A DNA stretch of 64,000 nt from Candidatus Nanohaloarchaea archaeon (GTDB lineage: Archaea > Nanohalarchaeota > Nanosalinia > Nanosalinales > Nanosalinaceae): the NCBI GenBank assembly GCA_014297435.1, contig JACOQA010000002.1:185961-249960 (forward strand), given 5' to 3'. A model generated the notes under the pieces. That model ran no database searches. It saw only the letters and a list, made by a program, of their open reading frames with translations, and was not told the origin of the DNA. This document shows positions 1 through 10,426 of this stretch, piece by piece. Position 1 is the first letter of the stretch. Every line of letters begins with the position of its first letter. The translations under genes were made by a program, and so were the position numbers.

Positions 1-20
1 GATACGAAGACCAGGTCTTA

Positions 21-344
21 ATGACACAGGTAGACGTCGGAGAAAAACAGGGAATGCTCGGCATGAGAAAGCTCGCGATCAACGCGGACGAAATGACCTC
101 TTACGCCAAACACGAGGAACAGGCAGACATTATCTATCTCGAGAAAGGCGAAGTAACGATCAGAAAGGACGGAGACCTCATTGAACTTGAGAAAGGAAAC
201 GCAGTTGTAATAAGATCGGGAGAAAAGCACCAGCTCCAGAACATAGGAACCGATGTAGCTGAAGTTCTCGAAATATCCTTCCCGTACAGACCAGAGGATA
301 TTGAAAGGATAGAGGATCCTTACAATGATGAAAGAGAGGGTTAG
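21..344 (+). CDS. Cupin domain protein
   Basis: Cupin-like pattern (KHEEQADIIYLEKGEV...LEKGNAVVIRSGEKHQLQN) and a C-terminal EDIERIEDPY tail resembling PMI type II C-termini. Confidence 0.7.
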   Translation: MTQVDVGEKQGMLGMRKLAINADEMTSYAKHEEQADIIYLEKGEVTIRKDGDLIELEKGNAVVIRSGEKHQLQNIGTDVAEVLEISFPYRPEDIERIEDPYNDEREG

Positions 345-1438
345 AGGAAGAGAACAAACCCTATAATTATTACAACCACTTCAACGGAGGTAAGGATCAG
401 TGTTATCTGTTTCTCCGTAAATCCTCTTTTCATTAATGGAATTGTAAGGCTGTAATTCTTCGGATGTTGGGGTTCTAGTTTGCCGTTTTCTTTCAGAGTT
501 CCCCAGGAATGGGAGTTAAACCCACTTCTCGCACTAAGCAAGAACTCAGCGTACCAAGGCGCGAATATGAAAGCTCCGAACTTCTCGATATTTCCCACGA
601 CCATGGACGCGAAGAGAACTGCACCAGCCAAGTAAGTTAAAGAGTCTCCGGGAAGTATCGAAGCCGGATAAAAATTGTACCAAAGGAACGCGAGCAGACA
701 TGACGAAGCAGATAAAGCTATCAAAGCTGCTTCCATTCGACCGTTAGACAAAGCGAAAACACCTAGCCCGAGACTAGCTACCAGACTCATTGCAGCCGAC
801 AAACCGTTCATACCCGCCAGCATGTTCACAACGTTCGAAACGAACAGAAGTCCTAAAGGTAGGAGAACTAGTGGGTAGAGCAGACCCCAGTTCACTACAC
901 CAATTAAAGGAAGGCTCATCTCCCATGAACCAGCACCTACCGCAATCAAAGGAAGTGCGGCCGGTAAGACGAAAAGCATCTTGGGTATCTGCGAGAGCCC
1001 GGTTCTATGGATCATCGAATCATCCTTATCATTAGAAAAACGGAGAATAAAGCGTTCGATAAAGTGTGTTTTCTCGGTCTCAAGCTCTATCTCAACCTCC
1101 TCCTCAACATGTTCGGTTATCAGCTTCTGCAGATCGATATGAATATCATCTATCAAGCCAATTAATGCGATAATAGTTACTGAGTTCAGAGCTGCGAGTA
1201 CAAGCGCCAGGTTGATACTTCTAGAACCGAAAAGCTGGTTCAAACCGATAAAGCTTGTGACGGCTACAATAAAACCGAAGAGAACAACCAATCCGCCTGA
1301 AGTCGGTATCTTCGGTCTATTATTCTTCTGCTGGTCTATTCCATAAATCCCTGAAGACATCAAGTACTTTTTCGCCGCAGGAACTCCAACAAAAACTGTA
1401 AAGAAACCGAGAAGGGAAGAAAGGAGTAGGAACCTCAT
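341..1438 (-). CDS. UDP-GlcNAc:polyprenyl-phosphate GlcNAc-1-phosphotransferase (AglH/GPT, MraY-like family)
   Basis: Polytopic protein with IPTSGG, GLIDD, NVVNMLAGMNGL and YNFYPASILPGDS motifs; adjacent to aglB. Confidence 0.85.
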   Translation of the reverse strand: MRFLLLSSLLGFFTVFVGVPAAKKYLMSSGIYGIDQQKNNRPKIPTSGGLVVLFGFIVAVTSFIGLNQLFGSRSINLALVLAALNSVTIIALIGLIDDIHIDLQKLITEHVEEEVEIELETEKTHFIERFILRFSNDKDDSMIHRTGLSQIPKMLFVLPAALPLIAVGAGSWEMSLPLIGVVNWGLLYPLVLLPLGLLFVSNVVNMLAGMNGLSAAMSLVASLGLGVFALSNGRMEAALIALSASSCLLAFLWYNFYPASILPGDSLTYLAGAVLFASMVVGNIEKFGAFIFAPWYAEFLLSARSGFNSHSWGTLKENGKLEPQHPKNYSLTIPLMKRGFTEKQITLILTSVEVVVIIIGFVLFL

Positions 1439-4386
1439 TACTCCTCAATTTCCTGCTGGTTTACCTTCCACATTTTGATGAAGCCGTTCGAACCGCCTTC
1501 AACCTTCTCAACCCAGTCAATACCATAACCGTCCATCAGGTAAAGCCGTCCAAGACTGGATCTTGCAACCTTCTTAGGCACTATAACTAATTTTGCCGGC
1601 TGCGTCTGCATGTTAGATCTTTGACTTGTTATCGCGGCACGTTCTAAGGTGTAGAACGGATTCTCTGCTATACACATTTCGCTGCCGCTTAGCTGAGCTG
1701 GTTTTTCAACGTCCAGCTCCTTAATGCCATCTTCGGTTACAACACAACCTACTCTTGACCTGCCTGTTGCTGTCTCGTAAATAGCTCTGGTGTCTTGGCT
1801 CTTCAGATCGATCGAATTGTTAGAGGATTTAATCTCAGCATAGACCGTTCTTCTTCCATCCGAGAAAGTTGACTGGTTTGAGTTCTGGCTGTTCCCTCTC
1901 CAGGTCAGCTGTGTCATGTAGTCGAACTCGGAGTTGTCTCTGTGCGCGATCTGGGAAACTGCGGAGTACTTGCCTATCATCGTCTCATCAAGCACTATGT
2001 AATCTATAGAATGCTTTTTGAACAGTTCCGAATGGTTTGAAGGATTCGTTGAGGTAAGGAAGTCGGCGATAGGATAGTTAGTCTTACCGAGGATATCGCT
2101 GGTGTAGTAGCCGGCGTTTCCTCCGTCCGCAACCGCAGCTCTTCTACCTACCGATTCGAACCAGTAACCGTAGTCCCACCATGATAGGACTACTGAATCT
2201 CCGGGTGTTTCTGACTCCATGTAGTCAAGGTTCTGCATCCAGAGCTGGTTAGGCGAACCCCCAAGATTATCTGATGCTGCAAAACCGGAACTGAAGTTGA
2301 CCGCTGCAAATGCAACGATAAATACGCCTGCTAGAATCTTCTTCAGATTCGACGAATTTAGGATTCCTTTGACTTCATCTTCCAACTCGAGAGCCACGTA
2401 TAGCAAAGGAGTGTTCAGAAGCAGCATGAATCCTATAAGTTCCAGGTTTGAGGCTTCATAAGCGGAACTGATCGCAAGAACCACTACGTTCGCCACTAGC
2501 AGCAGAACAGATCCGCCTATAATGTTGAATGTCGACCTGTCTAGTTCTCTGGCTTTTAAGTAGATTCTTGAAACCATGTAGCCTCCGAGGAATGCGCTTG
2601 AGAACGCGGAAAGGAATACAAGTCTTGACTTTGCTGCTGCCCCCAGAATGTTTGTAATAGCCCATACTAATCCTAGGATTTGGTAAGACTTCATCTCTAT
2701 CTTGTAATCTGAAGCCTCCTTGAAGTAGTAGAGCAATCCTATACCGGTCACTGAAAGCAGTAACGGATGGAAAACTGCGCTTGAGAAAGGAAGCTGGAAC
2801 AGGGCTTGGGAAATGTTCGCCCTGTAAAGATTTCCTATCTGCAGAGGCAGTATAGCGACTCCGGCTGTGAAAAGTGCAGTTACAAGAGAGTTGATCTGGA
2901 ACGCCTCATCTTCGTCAAAGAAGTAGACTATGCTCAGGCTGATTAGGAAGATCAGTGCGCCTGCAGCAATCGTCTCGATTCTGTAGAGCGACTGGATTGC
3001 GTTAGCACTTTGCAAGGTATTTGTGTATGCAAAGCCGGCGATTATAGCAAACCAGCCCATGATCGAGGCTTGCATGTAGCCTAGGTACTTCTTCCAGCCA
3101 ATTTCTTCTTCGACAACTCCATAACGTCTCAAAACCATTAGAGTGATTTTTGAGCCGATTACGGGAATGCCTATGATTGCCAGAGTCCAAGCTCCTGAAT
3201 AGCCTCCTAGAAGGCTTCCGAGAACTGACATTATCTGTCTAAGGGCGCCATCTCCTATGACAGGTATGTCGGCTAGTAGTCTTGAGACGCCTACTCCTGC
3301 GTTTGATGCGCCAAGAGTTCCGGCCATGTCTCCAATACTTGAGGCTGTGTTCTCAGCCACCGTGCCCGCGATAACTGCGCCTCCACTCTGAGTTACGCGG
3401 CTTATAATCGAACTAAATCTGCTGTAGATAAACTGAGAGTAAAGCGGGGAGAGAGCTACCATGATTAGACCTACTGCGGATATGGAAGGTACGAAGTAAG
3501 CCAGCTTGTCCCTTTCAACTATCTCCAGCTTTTCAACTAGGTAACGTGTCCAGAGAAGTCCTAGAATCGCTATGTTTCCTAAGAACATCGATCCGGTCAA
3601 GCCGAATCTCGAAGGGTTGGCTGCTGCTGCGAAACCTCCTGCAACCAATACAGTTGGGGTGTATACCGCTACTAATTCTTCTATGTCCTGATCTAGGAAT
3701 GCGGTTATGCCTACTACTAGGGGCAGGAGAAGCCACAGCATCTTTGATCCTCCCCAGGAGATAGTGAATATTCCTAAGGCTAGACCTGCAAAGATTCCGG
3801 AAATTCTTTCCTTTCGTTTCCAGCCTCTCGTGAAAAAGTACATAGAGATTATCATGAAGAGTGTGCCGACAGGCTCCTTCTCGAAGAAGCCGGCAGAAGT
3901 TCTGTGCATGACTCCTCCGACTGTAGCTAGAAGGAAGGCAGCTGAGATGCCTGTGTACTTGTCGAACATTTCTTTTCCTAGGAAGTATGTTGCTACCGTG
4001 CTTAGTGCACCCATGAAGGCAGGGAAGAACTGTGCCCACTCCATGTAGCTGTTGAAGAACAGCGATCCGCCCATTTTATACATGGCTGCGGGTATAACGA
4101 TTTCTCCCACGTTATGGTGGTGGAAAGGTGCGTTGTAAGGGAAGTAGCGCATGAAATCTGTTGTAGGTATATTGCCGTCGAGCGCAAGATGTTGGCTCTG
4201 TCTAAAGATCCAGTAGGGGTCTAATGCTTGAAGATACTTCATCCCCTGTTCCGGTCTGTATCTCAGGAACAGTGCGGTGAGGAAAACAGTGAAAACGGCT
4301 GGTGCCGCCCAGTAAGAAACCGGATTTTGTCTAACATCATCATACTTATCCTCTAAGCCTTCCCTGAGGTTTCCGAAGTCCATCAT
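1438..4386 (-). CDS. aglB: Oligosaccharyltransferase AglB (STT3 family)
   Basis: LQALDPYW, RTSAGFFEKE, TVAE and SWWDYGYW motifs, DxxMIGK, many TM helices. Confidence 0.95.
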   Translation of the reverse strand: MMDFGNLREGLEDKYDDVRQNPVSYWAAPAVFTVFLTALFLRYRPEQGMKYLQALDPYWIFRQSQHLALDGNIPTTDFMRYFPYNAPFHHHNVGEIVIPAAMYKMGGSLFFNSYMEWAQFFPAFMGALSTVATYFLGKEMFDKYTGISAAFLLATVGGVMHRTSAGFFEKEPVGTLFMIISMYFFTRGWKRKERISGIFAGLALGIFTISWGGSKMLWLLLPLVVGITAFLDQDIEELVAVYTPTVLVAGGFAAAANPSRFGLTGSMFLGNIAILGLLWTRYLVEKLEIVERDKLAYFVPSISAVGLIMVALSPLYSQFIYSRFSSIISRVTQSGGAVIAGTVAENTASSIGDMAGTLGASNAGVGVSRLLADIPVIGDGALRQIMSVLGSLLGGYSGAWTLAIIGIPVIGSKITLMVLRRYGVVEEEIGWKKYLGYMQASIMGWFAIIAGFAYTNTLQSANAIQSLYRIETIAAGALIFLISLSIVYFFDEDEAFQINSLVTALFTAGVAILPLQIGNLYRANISQALFQLPFSSAVFHPLLLSVTGIGLLYYFKEASDYKIEMKSYQILGLVWAITNILGAAAKSRLVFLSAFSSAFLGGYMVSRIYLKARELDRSTFNIIGGSVLLLVANVVVLAISSAYEASNLELIGFMLLLNTPLLYVALELEDEVKGILNSSNLKKILAGVFIVAFAAVNFSSGFAASDNLGGSPNQLWMQNLDYMESETPGDSVVLSWWDYGYWFESVGRRAAVADGGNAGYYTSDILGKTNYPIADFLTSTNPSNHSELFKKHSIDYIVLDETMIGKYSAVSQIAHRDNSEFDYMTQLTWRGNSQNSNQSTFSDGRRTVYAEIKSSNNSIDLKSQDTRAIYETATGRSRVGCVVTEDGIKELDVEKPAQLSGSEMCIAENPFYTLERAAITSQRSNMQTQPAKLVIVPKKVARSSLGRLYLMDGYGIDWVEKVEGGSNGFIKMWKVNQQEIEE

Positions 4387-4471
4387 TTGAAAAACTGTTT
4401 CGTGCGGGACCTTTTTTATTTCTCTGCTGGGATGTCGGAGTGTTTAAAAACCTTCCAGAGACAGAGATTTT

Positions 4472-5392
4472 GTGGAGTTCGAAAAATACTTTGACAGCAT
4501 ATATGAAGAGTATGACAAGTATCTGGTTGTGCCGGTAGCACTTATAGCCCTCTCCGTCCTGGCGTTAGGCTTCTCATTGGTGACGACAGGAGAGGTTGTC
4601 CAGAAAGGTCTAGACTTCACTGGGGGAACTGAGGCAACCTACTCAATCAACGAAAGCTTCACAACAGGAGAGATCGAACAAGTATTTTTAGACGCAGGAA
4701 GATCAAAAGTACAAGTATTCAAGACAACTTCGGGGGAAAACACAGGTTTAAGCGTTAGAGTGCCTCCCCCCAAACTTAAAGGTCAAGAGGCAGCAGAAAT
4801 ACTAAATTCGGCAGGATACAATGTAAGTGTTCAGTCTACTAGAGAGCTTTCCGCTTCAGTATCGGATGCATTCTTCACGCAAGCGGTATTAGCCTTTGTA
4901 ATGGCGTTCACAATAATGAGCCTGGTAATATTCTACGCATTCAAGGATTTGACGCCTTCAGCCGCCGTAATATTTGCTGCAGCCGGAGACATAATCTTTG
5001 CGCTTGCAGGAATGAGTATACTTGGAATACCATTAACTCTAGGTTCTCTGGCGGCTCTATTGATGCTTATCGGTTATTCAGTCGACACAGATATTGTGCT
5101 ATCGACCAGAGTGCTTAAACAGGAAAGAAATACTGTGAAGGACCGTATCTGGGATTCGATGAAGACTGGTGTTACAATGAGCTCAGGTGGGATCGCAGGT
5201 TTCACACTACTATATATAGTATCTCAAATGATCGTAGGTCCTTCAGAGCTCTCAAATATAGCAGCGGTCATGGTGATCGGTCTACTAGCCGACATGCCTT
5301 TCACATGGTTCGGAAACGCAATAATACTCAAGAAGTATGTTGATGGAGAAATCCCATCAATCAATATCGAGAAGGTGATTCCATGGAGATGA
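4472..5392 (+). CDS. secF: Protein translocase subunit SecF
   Basis: GLDFTGGT and LMLIGYSVDTDIVL motifs; directly upstream of secD. Confidence 0.93.
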   Translation: MEFEKYFDSIYEEYDKYLVVPVALIALSVLALGFSLVTTGEVVQKGLDFTGGTEATYSINESFTTGEIEQVFLDAGRSKVQVFKTTSGENTGLSVRVPPPKLKGQEAAEILNSAGYNVSVQSTRELSASVSDAFFTQAVLAFVMAFTIMSLVIFYAFKDLTPSAAVIFAAAGDIIFALAGMSILGIPLTLGSLAALLMLIGYSVDTDIVLSTRVLKQERNTVKDRIWDSMKTGVTMSSGGIAGFTLLYIVSQMIVGPSELSNIAAVMVIGLLADMPFTWFGNAIILKKYVDGEIPSINIEKVIPWR

Positions 5393-6987
5393 AAGACTTG
5401 CTGAAGGAGTGGAGAATCTGGATACTAATCCTTTCACTTGGTTTTTCGCTCTTCATGCTTGGACCTCACTACGAGACAAACGAGCAAGGAGACACAACTA
5501 TCTCCACTGACATCAATAAGGGACTTGACCTATCGGGAGGAACTCGAGCGCTTCTATCAGTCCAAGGAAACAACACATCTGAGGCTATTGTAACACAGAT
5601 TAAGAACATACTTGAACGAAGAGTCTCGGCATTTGGACTTACACAGACCTCCGTTAGAACTGTAGAGCTTGGTGGAGAGACGAAGATCCAGATGGAGATT
5701 GCATCAACCAACCAGTCTAACCTTAGAGAACTCATATCTCAGGAAGGACGGTTCGAGTCCAGACTTCCTCTAACGGTTTCCGACAGCCAAGAGTTCACGC
5801 TTGACCAGCCATACACTTTCAACTATGAAAACAACACGGTTTCTGTTCTAAACAATAGTTATAATGAGGGCGACAGCTTCTCGATAGATGGCACTAGATT
5901 TTTCTATGTAAACAATACTGAAGAAGGCGCAAACCTTCACGTTGTCGCATACGATGGAGAGGACGTTAAGCAGGTCATTACTTCTGATTCAAGAGTAACT
6001 TCATCAAGAAGCGGAGGCTACAGCTTCAGATTCCCGGTAGTACTTAGCTCCGAAGCGGCAGATAACGTTCAAAGGGTCGCTCAGAACTATCCTACCACCA
6101 CGGTTAGAGGACAAGCATACCTAGGAAAAATTAATGGTCAAGGTGCTGCGAAACTGATGCTCTACGTAGACGGAGAAAGACAGAGCGCATTAAACGTCGG
6201 AACGGAGTTCAAAAGACAGGTTATAACACAGCCATCTATCAACGGAGGCGCCGAAACAGCAGCACAGGCAAGAAGCGACATGAAGGAGTTGCAGGCTATT
6301 CTGCAGTCTGGAAGGCTGCCAGCACCTGTACAGATCGACTCACTTTCCACAATTTCATCCTCACTGGGATCACAGTTCATGACGGCCGCAGTTCTCTCGA
6401 TCGTAGCATCCCTCATCGCTGTTGGAGGACTTATCTACGTAAGATACCGGAACATGAAACTGGCAATACCTATCGTGATCACAGGATCCTCAGAAGTCTT
6501 TATTCTGCTAGGATCTCTGTTCTCCACATTGATCACACTTGACTTAGCATCGATTGCAGGAATTATTGCGGCTGTAGGTACAGGTGTAGACGACCAGATA
6601 ATTATTACTGACGAATCAGGCAGGGAGAAGATAAGAGACTGGAGCAAGCGACTGAAGAGAGCATTCTTCGTAATCTTCACTTCTGCAGCATCTACAATAG
6701 GTGCTATGATGCCGATTGTATCACCTTCGCTTTCAAACATCGCGATTGGAGCAGCAGGAATCGGTCTCCTCGGATACAATTTCTATAGCAACAGGATGAG
6801 ACCTCACTACTTCGGGATCGGACTATTCGCAGTAATGGTGTCATTTGTAGCCAACTGGGTCGGTCTATCTGGTTTTGCACTACAGTCAGTCAGAGGCTTT
6901 GCAATAACAACAATCCTCGGAGTCCTTGTAGGTATCACGATCACAAGACCGGCTTACGCCAAGATGCTTGAAGCAATCGAGGACTAA
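5383..6987 (+). CDS. secD: Protein translocase subunit SecD
   Basis: GLDLSGG, LQSGRLPAP, GTGVDDQIIITDE and VRGFAITTILG motifs. Confidence 0.93.
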   Translation: MEMKDLLKEWRIWILILSLGFSLFMLGPHYETNEQGDTTISTDINKGLDLSGGTRALLSVQGNNTSEAIVTQIKNILERRVSAFGLTQTSVRTVELGGETKIQMEIASTNQSNLRELISQEGRFESRLPLTVSDSQEFTLDQPYTFNYENNTVSVLNNSYNEGDSFSIDGTRFFYVNNTEEGANLHVVAYDGEDVKQVITSDSRVTSSRSGGYSFRFPVVLSSEAADNVQRVAQNYPTTTVRGQAYLGKINGQGAAKLMLYVDGERQSALNVGTEFKRQVITQPSINGGAETAAQARSDMKELQAILQSGRLPAPVQIDSLSTISSSLGSQFMTAAVLSIVASLIAVGGLIYVRYRNMKLAIPIVITGSSEVFILLGSLFSTLITLDLASIAGIIAAVGTGVDDQIIITDESGREKIRDWSKRLKRAFFVIFTSAASTIGAMMPIVSPSLSNIAIGAAGIGLLGYNFYSNRMRPHYFGIGLFAVMVSFVANWVGLSGFALQSVRGFAITTILGVLVGITITRPAYAKMLEAIED

Positions 6988-7022
6988 AAGAAGTTATCAA
7001 CAATAACCCAAAATTCTTCGTT

Positions 7023-7769
7023 ATGAAGGTCCTGGTTACAGGCGGAAGCAACGGTATCGGAAAAGCAACTTCTCAACGGTTAATCGAAAAAGACCACGAA
7101 GTCACAGTATTTGATAAAGAAGAGCCTGACTACGAAGTCGACTTCTATCAAGGAGATGTAAGGGATGAGAACAGAGTAAAAGAAGTGGTTGAAAGTGTAG
7201 AGTTCGAGGTTCTTGTGAATTGTGCAGGTTTCTACGAACTTGGAAGTATTGAAGACATGGAGCGCGAGACTATCGATAAAATTTTCAATACGAACGTCCA
7301 CGGATACCTCAACTTTATCCGACATTCGATGCCGATGCTGAGACAGAAAAATGGTAGGATCGTAAATATTTCCTCGGTAGCTGGAAGGGTTTCGATGCCT
7401 TTCTACGGAGCGTACTGCGGATCCAAACACGCAGTAGAGTCTATAAGCCACTCGCTTAGAAGAGAGTCTGAGGTGGAGGTAGTTCTGGTTGAACCGGGTG
7501 TGATCAAGACAGGTTTCAACGAAAGAGCACGAAAAGCACTTGAGAAATACCTGCCGGACTCGCATTATGCAAATGAGTACGAAGAAATTCTGGACAATGA
7601 AGTTCTGGAGAGTATTGGTGCTGAAAAAGTCGGGGAGAAGGTAGCTAGAGCAGTAACTACGGGAAGACCTAAAAGAAGATATCAGGTGCCTCTCAGAGCA
7701 AAGTTTATTACTTGGATCAGCTTTTTGCCTCAGAGAGTTAAGGATCGAATATTTGAAAAAGTAGGATAG
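7023..7769 (+). CDS. Short-chain dehydrogenase/reductase
   Basis: TGGSNGIG Rossmann motif, NCAG, NISS and YCGSK catalytic motif. Confidence 0.92.
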   Translation: MKVLVTGGSNGIGKATSQRLIEKDHEVTVFDKEEPDYEVDFYQGDVRDENRVKEVVESVEFEVLVNCAGFYELGSIEDMERETIDKIFNTNVHGYLNFIRHSMPMLRQKNGRIVNISSVAGRVSMPFYGAYCGSKHAVESISHSLRRESEVEVVLVEPGVIKTGFNERARKALEKYLPDSHYANEYEEILDNEVLESIGAEKVGEKVARAVTTGRPKRRYQVPLRAKFITWISFLPQRVKDRIFEKVG

Positions 7770-7770
7770 T

Positions 7771-8088
7771 TTACTGGAGCTCCATTACGGCTCCGGCAAC
7801 GTCCTCACTGTTCTCAAGCGCTTCGACAGCATCTTCTTCGCTGCAACCGGTTTTATCCATCACAAGCTCTACGTCTTCAGGATCCGGTCCTGTCTGAACA
7901 GCTTCCTCAGAGTAATCTCCTTGGAGCTGGAACATTTCCTGACCCTTGGCATCGATCTTCGAGATCTGAGGGTTGTTGAATACTAGTTTCTTGTCGCCGA
8001 TTTTAACCTCTACTTTATCGGCATCGAGCTCTTCCATATCGATCCCCATCTGCTTCATCATCGCGCTCATGTCGTTTCCGCCAAACAT
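7771..8088 (-). CDS. nac: Nascent polypeptide-associated complex protein
   Basis: MMKQMGIDMEEL N-terminus, NAC domain and UBA-like tail (EDVELVMDKTGCSEEDAVEAL). Confidence 0.92.
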   Translation of the reverse strand: MFGGNDMSAMMKQMGIDMEELDADKVEVKIGDKKLVFNNPQISKIDAKGQEMFQLQGDYSEEAVQTGPDPEDVELVMDKTGCSEEDAVEALENSEDVAGAVMELQ

Positions 8089-8192
8089 ATTTTGTGAATC
8101 TGAGCTGCAGCTTTAAATCCGTGGTGAAAACTCTGGTGCAACCGTTAAACTGTAAGCCTGTTTTTCTCCCTGTTTGAGAAACCTGAATTTTC

Positions 8193-9377
8193 ATGTGGAT
8201 CGAGCTAGGTTTGGCGGTTCTAGGGGTTTTTGCAGGAGTTTTCACAGGTTTAACGCCAGGAATCCATCCTAATACTGTGATTTTTACATCACTACCGTTT
8301 TATCTCGGTTCGAGTATCGAGTTCATGTACTACCTTAGTTTTATCGCAGGACTTTCTGTGTCACACACTTTCCATGATTTCCTGCCCTCAATTTTTCTTG
8401 GAGTGCCTGAGGCAGAAACTGCTTTGGCATCGGTTGCAGGAGCCGACATGGCAAACGAGGGAAAAGGCATAGAAGCTTTTCACTATACTGTTCTCGGCGG
8501 ATCTATATCAGTTATCGTCATGATAATGTTATCTCCTCTCTTGATCTTATTCCTTCCATATTTTTACAAGTTGGTTAATCCTGTGATGTTCTATGTGCTG
8601 GTGTTTTTTCAGCTGGTTCTGGTATTTAACTCGGAAGGTATTTTGAAGGCAGGAATTACTGCGATTTTGTCGGGAATCCTGGGCTTGATTGCTTTTTCTA
8701 TGCCGGTCAACAGTCAGAATGTTTTGATGCCGGTCTTTGCCGGTCTCTTCGCAGTACCTACATTTCTCTCATCTTTCAAACCGGTGCTTGAGGAACAGGA
8801 AACTCCTAATATGGAAGGAGGATTCTTGAAGGGAAGTTTCTTTGGCACTTTGGCTGGTCTGATAACAGGAATAGTGCCGGGAGTAACCGGCGTGGTGTCG
8901 ACCTCTTTCTTCACACCGTTTATGGAGAAGCGTACTGAAAGTTTTCTGGCTGCTATGGGTGCGGTAAATACCTCGGATATTCTTATCTCTTTTCTCGGAC
9001 TCTACTTGATTGAGAAAGCGCGTTCAGGTGCAGCTGTCGCTATGAGTTCGGCTGCGAAATTTAACGATCTCCAGCTTTTCTTCCTAATCGGCGTCTCACT
9101 TACAGCTATAGGCTTGTCGATTCCCGTGGCTTTGAAGACCCCTCCTTACTTTCTGAAACTTCTAGAGTGGGCTAATCTAAGAATCGTTTTGATAGTGGTT
9201 TTAGGCTTGCTTCTAAGCTCAACTTTTTTCCTGACGGGTTTTCTTGGCTTGCTGATTCTGTTGGTTTCGAGCTGTATTGGTTATTCTGCGGCTTTAAGTT
9301 CGCAGCGGAAAGTTTTGGTCTCGGTGCTTCTGGTTCCTTCGATCACATATTTTGCGGCGAACGGGTTTTTTATTTAA
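8193..9377 (+). CDS. Tripartite tricarboxylate transporter TctA-like permease (archaeal DUF112 type)
   Basis: GLTPGIHPN, HTFHDFLPSIFLGVP and a repeated GIVPG motif; polytopic. Confidence 0.8.
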   Translation: MWIELGLAVLGVFAGVFTGLTPGIHPNTVIFTSLPFYLGSSIEFMYYLSFIAGLSVSHTFHDFLPSIFLGVPEAETALASVAGADMANEGKGIEAFHYTVLGGSISVIVMIMLSPLLILFLPYFYKLVNPVMFYVLVFFQLVLVFNSEGILKAGITAILSGILGLIAFSMPVNSQNVLMPVFAGLFAVPTFLSSFKPVLEEQETPNMEGGFLKGSFFGTLAGLITGIVPGVTGVVSTSFFTPFMEKRTESFLAAMGAVNTSDILISFLGLYLIEKARSGAAVAMSSAAKFNDLQLFFLIGVSLTAIGLSIPVALKTPPYFLKLLEWANLRIVLIVVLGLLLSSTFFLTGFLGLLILLVSSCIGYSAALSSQRKVLVSVLLVPSITYFAANGFFI

Positions 9378-9400
9378 CTCTCGGGACTTTAAAGCTCACC

Positions 9401-10402
9401 ATGAACGAGCAAAAAGGCTTCCTAATAGTTCTAACCGGTCTACTAGCAGCAATTTCATTTCTGATGCTCCAACCGTTCATGGGATACTTTCTGGGAGCTG
9501 CCCTACTCGCCTTCATACTTCACCCGGTTCAGGTAAGATGGAGAAAATACCTGGGTTCAACAATTTCATCACTCCTTATAGTCTTTCTCGCTATATTCGT
9601 CATCGTTGCACCTTTCCTCTTCACTGCCACCGCCGTTATAGATGATGCACAGGATCTAGCGGGAGATGTTAGGCAGTCGGATCTTATTAACTCGACGCAG
9701 ATTGAAAACAAGATTCACGAGCTTACAGGTCAACGACTCGATGTTGAAAAAAACGTGGAGAGGGCTGTAGACCGTTTCACCAATCTGACTTTAGGTAACT
9801 TCTCTCAGCTCTTGAGTTTAATTGCGAACGCCTCAATCGGATTGACGGTTATGTTATTCCTCCTCTACTACATGCTTAAGGATGGAGAGATGCTTGTTAA
9901 ATGGCTTAACAGTCTTATACCGCTTCCAGAGGAAATAACTAGAAATCTTCATAGTAAAATGAGTAAAACCACTTGGGCGGTCATAAAAGGTCATGTCCTG
10001 GTTGCGATAATACAAGGTTTGGTTGCAGGTTTAGGTTTGATGGCTACAGGTGTTCCAAACAGTGTTTTCTGGACTTTCGTTATGATACTGCTGGGGTTCA
10101 TCCCGATAATAGGAACTATCTTGGTTTGGCTGCCTGCATCAGTCTATCTCTTCCTCGTGGATAAACCTTTGATGGGAGTCCTACTAGCTCTTTACGGATT
10201 TGTGATAGTAGGTCTTACAGATAACATAATTAGACCTCTCGCGGTTGAGAGAGGAGCTGATCTGCATCCTGCGGTAATCATAATAGGTGTATTGGGGGGT
10301 GTATACATCTTTGGAGCTGTAGGTTTGTTTATAGGTCCTATAATACTTGGAATCTTCAAGTCTGTTCTCGTTGTGTTCGAGAAACACTATAAGTCATTAT
10401 AA
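9401..10402 (+). CDS. AI-2E family transporter
   Basis: FIPIIG, DNIIRP and LHPAVIIIGVLGG...FGAVGLFIGP motifs. Confidence 0.9.
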   Translation: MNEQKGFLIVLTGLLAAISFLMLQPFMGYFLGAALLAFILHPVQVRWRKYLGSTISSLLIVFLAIFVIVAPFLFTATAVIDDAQDLAGDVRQSDLINSTQIENKIHELTGQRLDVEKNVERAVDRFTNLTLGNFSQLLSLIANASIGLTVMLFLLYYMLKDGEMLVKWLNSLIPLPEEITRNLHSKMSKTTWAVIKGHVLVAIIQGLVAGLGLMATGVPNSVFWTFVMILLGFIPIIGTILVWLPASVYLFLVDKPLMGVLLALYGFVIVGLTDNIIRPLAVERGADLHPAVIIIGVLGGVYIFGAVGLFIGPIILGIFKSVLVVFEKHYKSL

Positions 10403-10426
10403 GGAATTGCGGACAAAGATTGTCCT

